Below the pieces are notes generated by a model, which was not told the DNA's origin, did not search any database, and worked only from the letters and a program-made list of their open reading frames with translations. 35,310 bases of DNA from Alteromonas sp. (GTDB lineage: Bacteria > Margulisbacteria > Marinamargulisbacteria > UBA6595): the NCBI GenBank assembly GCA_964220215.1, contig CAXPTH010000028.1, forward strand, positions 1-35,310. The letters are read 5' to 3'. The translations under genes were made by a program, and so were the position numbers. Positions 28,976 through 35,310 of the stretch are shown here, piece by piece (position 1 is the stretch's first letter; every line of letters starts with the position of its first letter).

Positions 28976-29023
28976 GAATTGCATGATTAGCGTTAATACT
29001 GTCGGTCGACATTCTCTATAAAT

Positions 29024-29761
29024 ATGGGGGTTCGGTTTTCGTCTATACGGCCGTGGTTTTTGCCTCATACGGGGGATCAACTGAAGCCCATTGCCCATAT
29101 GGCCCATACGCCGGATGAATGGTTGGTCCGGTTTCATGCTATTTTAACGCAGGCGGGAGTTCGGTTAACCCCCTTGTATGGCACCTGTTTGGGGTTTTTT
29201 CGAGACAATCGCATTATTCCGGGGGATACCGATGCGGATTTTGGCATTGACCTCTCGGACTTGCCGGCGGTGCGATCCTGCGTGCCGGCGTTGTTGGCCG
29301 CCGGTTTTTATATTTCCGGTCGGGGGAATTATCAGCTCACATTTAGCATGCCCAACAGTTCATTTTATATTGATATTTGGCCGTATAAGGCGTTGAAGTT
29401 TCCTCTAACGGTGTTGGGGCATCGGTGGTTGTGTGATCATGTGTATTACAAAGCCGATTTTTTTTCAAACTGTCAGCCGTTTGATTACAATGGGTGTCGG
29501 TATTACTTGCCGTCGCCATGCGAAGATTATTTGGAAACCGTGTTTGGGTCAAACTGGCGGATTCCAATTGCCGGGTGTTTTTCTGGGCCGCGTGGGCTTA
29601 TATCCCAGTGGCTGAACGCCTTGTTTGTGGACTTTCCGGTGCCAGCCGCATTTTCTGGGGAAGACAGTTTGGGTACTTATAAGCCCTGGGTATCCAAAGT
29701 GTTGAAAACGGTATGCCCCAATGCACGCATTGCCCAATTATTTAAACATCCGGAGGTATAG
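29024..29761 (+). CDS. LicD family phosphotransferase (nucleotidyltransferase fold)
   Basis: YGTCLGFFRDNRIIPGDTDADFG matches GTLLGAVRxxxxIPWDxDxD; also IDIW and P...EDYLETVFGSNWRIP. Confidence 0.88.
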   Translation: MGVRFSSIRPWFLPHTGDQLKPIAHMAHTPDEWLVRFHAILTQAGVRLTPLYGTCLGFFRDNRIIPGDTDADFGIDLSDLPAVRSCVPALLAAGFYISGRGNYQLTFSMPNSSFYIDIWPYKALKFPLTVLGHRWLCDHVYYKADFFSNCQPFDYNGCRYYLPSPCEDYLETVFGSNWRIPIAGCFSGPRGLISQWLNALFVDFPVPAAFSGEDSLGTYKPWVSKVLKTVCPNARIAQLFKHPEV

Positions 29762-31381
29762 ATGATGATTAATTTACAAACAAACACAACCACGAAACAA
29801 CGCAAAACGAGTCAGTTGCGGGCCTTGTTTCAGCGCCCAGAATTGGCGTTTTTGATGGAGGCTCACAATGGGCTATCCGCCCGATTGGTCGAAGAAACGG
29901 GGTTTGCGGGTATTTGGGCGAGTGGTTTGGCCATTTCGGCGAGTATGGGCGTGCGAGATAACAATGAAGCGTCTTGGACCCAGGTTGTGGATACGTTGGA
30001 GTTTATGAGCGATGCAACCTCGATTCCTATTTTACTGGATGGCGATACGGGCTATGGCAATTTTAACAATGTTCGACGGTTAATTAAAAAATTGGAGCAG
30101 CGGGATATCGCTGGTGTGTGTTTGGAAGACAAGCTATTTCCAAAAACCAATTCGTTTTTGAATGGTGAGCAGCAAGAACTGGCCGATGTCTCGGAATTTT
30201 GCGGCAAAATCAAAGCCGCTAAAGATACCCAATCGGACCCCGATTTTTCGGTTGTGGCCCGCATTGAGGCCTTTATTGTGGGCATGGGGCTCAGTGAGGC
30301 CTTGGATCGGGCGTATGCGTATGCCGATGCGGGTGCGGATGCCATTTTGGTACACAGCAAAAAAGCGGTGCCGGATGATATTGTTGCGTTTATGCAAGCG
30401 TGGAAATCGCCGGTGCCGGTGGTCATTGTGCCCACCAAGTATTATGCCACCCCCACAGATCAATTTCGGAACATGGGTATTTCTACGGTGATTTGGGCCA
30501 ATCACAGCATTCGGTCTGCCATGTCCGCTATGCAAACGACGATGAAAACCATTTATGAAACCGAAACATTGAAAGATGTGGAAAATAAAATTAGTTCGGT
30601 ATCGGATATTTTTCGGATTCAAGGTGCCGATGAATTAGCCGAGGCCGAAACCCAATATTTGCCGGGATACAATACCCAATTGTCTGGGATTATTTTAGCG
30701 GCGGGTGCGTCACGAATCGATGGATTGTCGGGGCCCAAAAGCATGCTGTCGGTTCATGGCAAATCGATTTTGGATCACCAAGTGGACCATTTGGAGCGAT
30801 TTGGTATTGGTCAGGTGACGGTTGTGCGGGGGCATGACAAGGAAAAAATGGTATCGGATCGGGTGTCGTTTGTGGATAACGATGCGTATGCGACGACATC
30901 GGAGGTGCAGTCGTTATCGCTTGTGGCGGACCGACTGGATACAGCGGCTGTGATTAGTTATGGGGATATTGTGTACAAGCATTATTTTATTCACGAATGT
31001 TTATCCCATCCGGGGGATGTGGTGATTGTGGTGGATGTGGAGTGTGCCAAAACGGATGCCTGGCGGGACTATGTTCAAGCCAGCGAGGCATTTGACCCGA
31101 TGCAGCTTCAGCAAGCGCCCACCTTGGTGCAGATGGCGCGTGCCATGAATCCGGATCAGATTACGGGTGAGTTTGTGGGGTTGATGAAAACAACCAAAAC
31201 GGGCAGTCGTGCGATTCAAGCGGCCTTGGCCAGTGTGCCAGAATCGGAATTGGCCACGATAACGATGCCAGCGTTTCTAACCCGACTCAGTCAAACGATT
31301 GCGGTGCATATTGTGTATGTCCAAGGCGGTTGGGTGGATGTGAATACCCTATCCGATTGGACGGCGGCGGCTGACGTTTAA
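29762..31381 (+). CDS. pepM: Phosphoenolpyruvate mutase fused to C-terminal nucleotidyltransferase domain
   Basis: [15 protein letters not shown], diagnostic [10 protein letters not shown] (EDKx5NS), VIWANH; then IILAAG...PKSML, SYGDIV, WVDVNT. Confidence 0.97.
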   Translation: MMINLQTNTTTKQRKTSQLRALFQRPELAFLMEAHNGLSARLVEETGFAGIWASGLAISASMGVRDNNEASWTQVVDTLEFMSDATSIPILLDGDTGYGNFNNVRRLIKKLEQRDIAGVCLEDKLFPKTNSFLNGEQQELADVSEFCGKIKAAKDTQSDPDFSVVARIEAFIVGMGLSEALDRAYAYADAGADAILVHSKKAVPDDIVAFMQAWKSPVPVVIVPTKYYATPTDQFRNMGISTVIWANHSIRSAMSAMQTTMKTIYETETLKDVENKISSVSDIFRIQGADELAEAETQYLPGYNTQLSGIILAAGASRIDGLSGPKSMLSVHGKSILDHQVDHLERFGIGQVTVVRGHDKEKMVSDRVSFVDNDAYATTSEVQSLSLVADRLDTAAVISYGDIVYKHYFIHECLSHPGDVVIVVDVECAKTDAWRDYVQASEAFDPMQLQQAPTLVQMARAMNPDQITGEFVGLMKTTKTGSRAIQAALASVPESELATITMPAFLTRLSQTIAVHIVYVQGGWVDVNTLSDWTAAADV

Positions 31382-32515
31382 ATGCTTTCAGCGCATGCGT
31401 TTTGCCAAGCGTTAGCGGGGCGTGGATTTGATTGTTACACCGGGGTTCCGTGCTCGTTTTTGACCGGCGTGATTAATGTGGCCATGGCGGATTACACCTA
31501 TATTAATGCCACCAATGAGGGCGATGCTGTTGCCATTGCTGTGGGAGCCGCATTGGCGGGCAAACGTCCGGTGGTGTTGATGCAAAATTCGGGCTTGGGC
31601 AATGCGGTGTCGCCCATTACGTCGTTGACGCATCCGTTTGCTGTCCCAGTTTTAACGGTGATTAGTTGGCGGGGTCAGCCGGGCATTCAGGATGAGCCTC
31701 AGCATGAACTCATGGGGGCTATTACCCCCGACATGACCCGGTTAATGGGTATGGAAACGATTATTTTTTCTGCGTCTGACTTGGCGACGCAGTTGGATGC
31801 GATTGATGCGGCCTTGGGTCGTGGGCAGTCGGTTGCTTGGGTGATTCCCAAAGGCGAAATTGAACCGGTCAAAACCCCGGGGCGGTCTCAGCCAGTGCCT
31901 CACACGGGGCCGAGCCATAGTCAATCGGCATCTCGGGTGGTGGTTGGCACCCGAACCGAGGCCTTGCAAACGATTGTAGCGGCGCAACCGCCCCACAGTG
32001 CGGTGTTGGCAACCACGGGGAAGACGGGCCGAGAATTGTTTACAGTGGGGGATCGGGACAATCAGGTGTATCAAGTGGGCTCTATGGGCTGCGTGCCGTC
32101 GTTGGGCTTGGGCCTTGCGTTGGCGAAGCCCACGTGTCCGGTGATGGTGATTGATGGGGATGGGGCAGCCTTGATGCGATTGGGATCTTGGGCATCGGTG
32201 GGGTACTACAAGCCCAAGCGTTTTATGCATATTGTCTTAGATAACGGGGTGCATGATTCAACCGGGGGCCAAGACACGGTGGCGGCGTCTGTTGATTTTG
32301 TGGCTTGTGCCCGGGCCATGGGGTATCCGGTATCACGGACGGTGGCCAGTTTGGATGCCTTAGCCAATCAGATTCAGCAGTGGTCCGCTGAGCCTCAATT
32401 AACGCTGTTGCATGTGCCGATTGCGCCGGGGAGTCCGGCAACGTTGGGCCGGCCCACGTGTACACCCGCAGCGGTTGCGGCTCGGTTCAAACAGTATTTG
32501 GGGGGTGTGGCATGA
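31382..32515 (+). CDS. ppd: Phosphonopyruvate decarboxylase
   Basis: GVPCS, NEGDAV, MQNSGLGNAVSP, DEPQH, VGSMG, ThDP motif DGDGAALM...LDNG.HDSTGGQ. Confidence 0.96.
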   Translation: MLSAHAFCQALAGRGFDCYTGVPCSFLTGVINVAMADYTYINATNEGDAVAIAVGAALAGKRPVVLMQNSGLGNAVSPITSLTHPFAVPVLTVISWRGQPGIQDEPQHELMGAITPDMTRLMGMETIIFSASDLATQLDAIDAALGRGQSVAWVIPKGEIEPVKTPGRSQPVPHTGPSHSQSASRVVVGTRTEALQTIVAAQPPHSAVLATTGKTGRELFTVGDRDNQVYQVGSMGCVPSLGLGLALAKPTCPVMVIDGDGAALMRLGSWASVGYYKPKRFMHIVLDNGVHDSTGGQDTVAASVDFVACARAMGYPVSRTVASLDALANQIQQWSAEPQLTLLHVPIAPGSPATLGRPTCTPAAVAARFKQYLGGVA

Positions 32516-34341
32516 TTCGAACGGCGGTTATTCTTGCGGCGGGGAAAGGGTCTCGATTGCGGCCCCATTTGGATGCCCCGTTGCCCAAAGGTGCGCTGAC
32601 CATTGGGGCCTGTTCGATCATTGAGCGCAGCATTCAGCAACTGCTTGCCCAAGGGATTGAGCGTATCATTGTGGGGACGGGGCATGGGGCCGATTGGTAT
32701 GATGCGTTGGCGATGCGCTACCCTTTGGCGTGTGTTCCCAATGCGGCGTATGCGACCACGGGCAGCATGGCAACGTTGCGAACGATTGTGGCAGCTACGG
32801 GGCTTCAAACGCCCGTGGTGCTTGTGGAGTCCGATTTGATTTATGAGCGGGCTGTTTTGTCCGATCTTCTGGAGCATCCAGAGCCCAATTGTGTGTTGGG
32901 CATGCCGTATCGGGGGTATGGCGATGAAGTGTTTATGCAGGTGGATGCGCAGGATCGTGTGGTGGGACTCACGAAAACAGCGCCTGCATCCGTTGAAACG
33001 GCGCCGGTGTTGGTGGGGTTAACGACGATTGGCCCGGCCTTATTGCAGGCCATGGTGGCGCATTACGATGCGGCTAAGCACCCGATGATGGATTATGAAG
33101 ATGCGTTGATAGCCGCGAATGAACCGGCGGTATGCTTGATGACAGACGGACAGGCGATGGAGGTAGATGATGCGAATCATGTGGCGATTGCCCAGGATTT
33201 GATGGTAGACATTGAGTGCAACGATGCGTATCCGGATCCAAAGCGAACCCTGTTGTTAAATCCGGGGCCGGCGGCAACCAGCCAATCGGTTAAGTTGGCT
33301 CAAATTGTGCCGGATATTTGCCCCCGTGAGCAGGCGTTTGTTCGGGTGATGGCGGCGTGTCGGCAGCAGGTTTGTGCGGTGGCATCGGCAACGTCTGAGG
33401 CGGTGGCATCGGTCTTTTTTAGTGGGTCGGGAACGGCGGCTGTGGAAGCGATGGTCAGTTCGGTGATGCCGGCGAGTGGCCATGCGTTAATTATTGATCA
33501 AGGGGCGTATGGGCAGCGCATGGCTAGCATTGCCCAGGTGCATGGCTTGGCGTATACGGTGTATTCGCCGGATCCAGTGCGGGCGTTGCCGGTATCGGGG
33601 GTTGAGAGTTACTTGAAGTCGGGTCAATTTACCCATGTTTTTGTGGTGCATCATGAGACGTCCACGGGGTTGTTAAACGATGTGGCGGCGTTGGGGGCAC
33701 TATGTGACCAGTATGGGGTTGTGTTGGGCGTGGATGGCATGAGTGCGTTTGGGGCTGTTCCGGTGGATTTGGTGGCAGACGGCATTGATTTTTATGCCGC
33801 CAGTAGCAATAAAAATATTCAGGGCATGGCGGGCTTGGGGTTTGTTGTGGCACGTATGGACGCGTTGCAGGCGATTCAGGCCTATCCCAAACGGAGCTTG
33901 TATTTGGATTTGTATGGTGAGTATGCGGCGGTAGCGGCGAAGGGTCAGTGTCGGTTTACGCCCCCGGTACAGTGTGCGTATGCGTTTCGAGCGGCCTTGC
34001 GGGAGTTGCGGGTGGAAGGGGTTTCGGCTCGGTATGCGCGCTACCAAGCGTTGTGGCGCCGGCTGTATGATACGATGCTAGCCTTGGGGTTTGAATCCGT
34101 AGTTGCTGAGGCGGATCAGGGGTATTTAATTACGGCATATCGGGCTACGGATCGGGTGTCTGATCGGTTTGATTTTGATCAATTTCATGATTATCTGTAT
34201 CGGCGGGGCATTACGGTGTATCCGGGGCAATTGCCGGGCACGCAAACATTTCGATTGGCAACCATTGGGGATTTAACCCTGGCGGATATTGAGCGTGTGT
34301 GTGAAACGATTCAATCGTTTTTTGAAACAGTATTGGTATGA
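32512..34341 (+). CDS. Phosphonate cytidylyltransferase (PntC/LicC-like) fused to 2-aminoethylphosphonate transaminase
   Basis: AVILAAGKGSRL...PKG, VESDLIYE, EVDD; then LLNPGP, SGTAAVEA, VHHETSTG, DGMS, PLP-Lys SSNKNIQG, RFTPP, VYPG; ATGA-coupled start 32512. Confidence 0.94.
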   Translation: MIRTAVILAAGKGSRLRPHLDAPLPKGALTIGACSIIERSIQQLLAQGIERIIVGTGHGADWYDALAMRYPLACVPNAAYATTGSMATLRTIVAATGLQTPVVLVESDLIYERAVLSDLLEHPEPNCVLGMPYRGYGDEVFMQVDAQDRVVGLTKTAPASVETAPVLVGLTTIGPALLQAMVAHYDAAKHPMMDYEDALIAANEPAVCLMTDGQAMEVDDANHVAIAQDLMVDIECNDAYPDPKRTLLLNPGPAATSQSVKLAQIVPDICPREQAFVRVMAACRQQVCAVASATSEAVASVFFSGSGTAAVEAMVSSVMPASGHALIIDQGAYGQRMASIAQVHGLAYTVYSPDPVRALPVSGVESYLKSGQFTHVFVVHHETSTGLLNDVAALGALCDQYGVVLGVDGMSAFGAVPVDLVADGIDFYAASSNKNIQGMAGLGFVVARMDALQAIQAYPKRSLYLDLYGEYAAVAAKGQCRFTPPVQCAYAFRAALRELRVEGVSARYARYQALWRRLYDTMLALGFESVVAEADQGYLITAYRATDRVSDRFDFDQFHDYLYRRGITVYPGQLPGTQTFRLATIGDLTLADIERVCETIQSFFETVLV

Positions 34342-34751
34342 GTCAAAAGAAACGCTGGCACTATCGCTTTGATAATTATAAAAAAGCATTGGGGTTGCTT
34401 CGGGAAGGGATTGAATTAAGAAAGATCCAGGTGTTATCAAGTTTAGAAGCGGAAGGGGTTATTCAGCGATTTGAGTATACGTGGGAATTGGCTTGGAAGA
34501 TGCTAAAAGATTATTTAGAGCATGAAGGGGTTGTTTTTGATAAGATTACGCCGAAGTCTGTCATTATTACAGCGATTCAGTCTAAAATTATTGCGGATCG
34601 TGAGATTTGGATGCAAGCGTTGGATGATCGCAATAAAATGAGCCATCAATACGACCAGTCTATTTATGCGCATGTCATTGACAACATTCAGCACCAGTAT
34701 TTGCCGCTATTTGAAGCACTGGATGCTCAACTAGAAAAAGAAGTCCGATGA
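34338..34751 (+). CDS. HEPN domain protein, HI0074 family (HepT-like RNase toxin)
   Basis: GVIQRFEYTWELAWK and Rx4HxY motif RNKMSHQY. Confidence 0.92.
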   Translation: MSQKKRWHYRFDNYKKALGLLREGIELRKIQVLSSLEAEGVIQRFEYTWELAWKMLKDYLEHEGVVFDKITPKSVIITAIQSKIIADREIWMQALDDRNKMSHQYDQSIYAHVIDNIQHQYLPLFEALDAQLEKEVR

Positions 34752-35062
34752 CGCATGGGCTTTCTGAGCATGAGTTGGCGGTTATTCGGTCAATTTTAAG
34801 TCGCTACCAAACGGTGATCGATTCTGTCCGTGTGTTTGGGTCACGAGCAATGGGCAATTATTCGGATTATTCGGATTTGGATCTTGTGATTGATGGGCCT
34901 ATTGAATTGGATCAGGTGGATCGACTGGTGACATTGTTTGATGAAAGCAACTTAGGCCTATCGGTTGATGTAAAAGGGTACCGGTTTATTGACCATGTCC
35001 CCTTAAAACAGCATATCGATACCACCGCTGTGGTGTTGTTTACCCAAACGGATTTGGGGTAG
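34748..35062 (+). CDS. Minimal nucleotidyltransferase (MntA-like antitoxin)
   Basis: VFGSRAMG..SDYSDLDL (GSx10DxD), 104 aa, ATGA overlap with the HEPN gene. Confidence 0.92.
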   Translation: MTHGLSEHELAVIRSILSRYQTVIDSVRVFGSRAMGNYSDYSDLDLVIDGPIELDQVDRLVTLFDESNLGLSVDVKGYRFIDHVPLKQHIDTTAVVLFTQTDLG

Positions 35063-35063
35063 C

Positions 35064-35105
35064 CTGGCTTCGATACAACGCCTCCGGCGCCACTCAGCCA
35101 GCGGG
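35064..35105 (+). repeat. 42-bp REP-like repeat, copy 1
   Basis: ctggcttcgatacaacgcctccggcgccactcagccagcggg, identical to 35269-35310; internal hairpin CGCC-TCC-GGCG, outer CTGGCT/AGCCAG arms. Confidence 0.9.
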
Positions 35106-35140
35106 TGTCGGCATGGTTTTATGTCTGTTCAAATGCACAC

Positions 35141-35170
35141 AAGTCCCCCTTTAGGGGGATTTAGGGGGCT
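35141..35170 (+). repeat. REP-like palindromic element TCCCCC-TTTA-GGGGGA-TTTAGGGGG
   Basis: Inverted repeat 35144-35159 followed by a second TTTAGGGGG unit. Confidence 0.65.
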
Positions 35171-35268
35171 TTAAGGGATTTAGGCCTAGGTGATATCTAG
35201 AAAAGTAAAAATATGGCTGGCGAGACAATGTTCGAACTTTGATACTAACGAATAGTACAGTTAAAAAT

Positions 35269-35310
35269 CTGGCTTCGATACAACGCCTCCGGCGCCACTC
35301 AGCCAGCGGG
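35269..35310 (+). repeat. 42-bp REP-like repeat, copy 2 (reaches window end)
   Basis: Exact direct repeat of 35064-35105. Confidence 0.9.

Noticed and set aside
32458..32511. N-terminal extension of the NTase-transaminase
   Set aside because: Overlaps ppd; the ATGA-coupled start at 32512 directly precedes the NTase motif.
29762..34341. Methylphosphonate or phosphonate antibiotic pathway
   Set aside because: No mpnS/hepD, phosphonoacetaldehyde reductase, NRPS or exporter; the gene set stops at activated 2-AEP.
35064..35310. CRISPR array
   Set aside because: Only two copies, a 163-bp gap containing other structured elements, and no cas genes in the window.

Overview
Gene-dense bacterial chromosomal window. 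It combines outer-membrane machinery (LptB/LptF, fimbrial usher, TpsB, BamE-like lipoprotein) with Terrabacteria-type genes (RNase Y, cinA-recA-rny synteny). This is compatible with a non-photosynthetic cyanobacterial relative such as Margulisbacteria (inference only). In order: a 5'-truncated Csu-type usher with a Pro/Glu tandem repeat plus a pilin subunit; a disulfide reductase-leuA-DUF3050 operon; a type IV/GspG-like pilin; tRNA-Tyr followed by hipBA; alkA; an APC permease; a ftsZ-bioF-bioH-bioC-bioD run; metK-(degenerate cinA)-recA-rny-lptB-lptF; an orphan tpsB; ABC-F; SPFH; thrC; apgM; and a licD-pepM::NTase-ppd-NTase::AEP transaminase phosphonate operon coupled to a HEPN/MNT toxin-antitoxin pair and followed by REP-like repeats. 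The most notable signals are the LicD-led 2-aminoethylphosphonate operon, pervasive leaderless promoter architecture, two intragenic parS sites, a CinA/PncC domain lacking its catalytic motif, and the Pro/Glu spacer on the usher.
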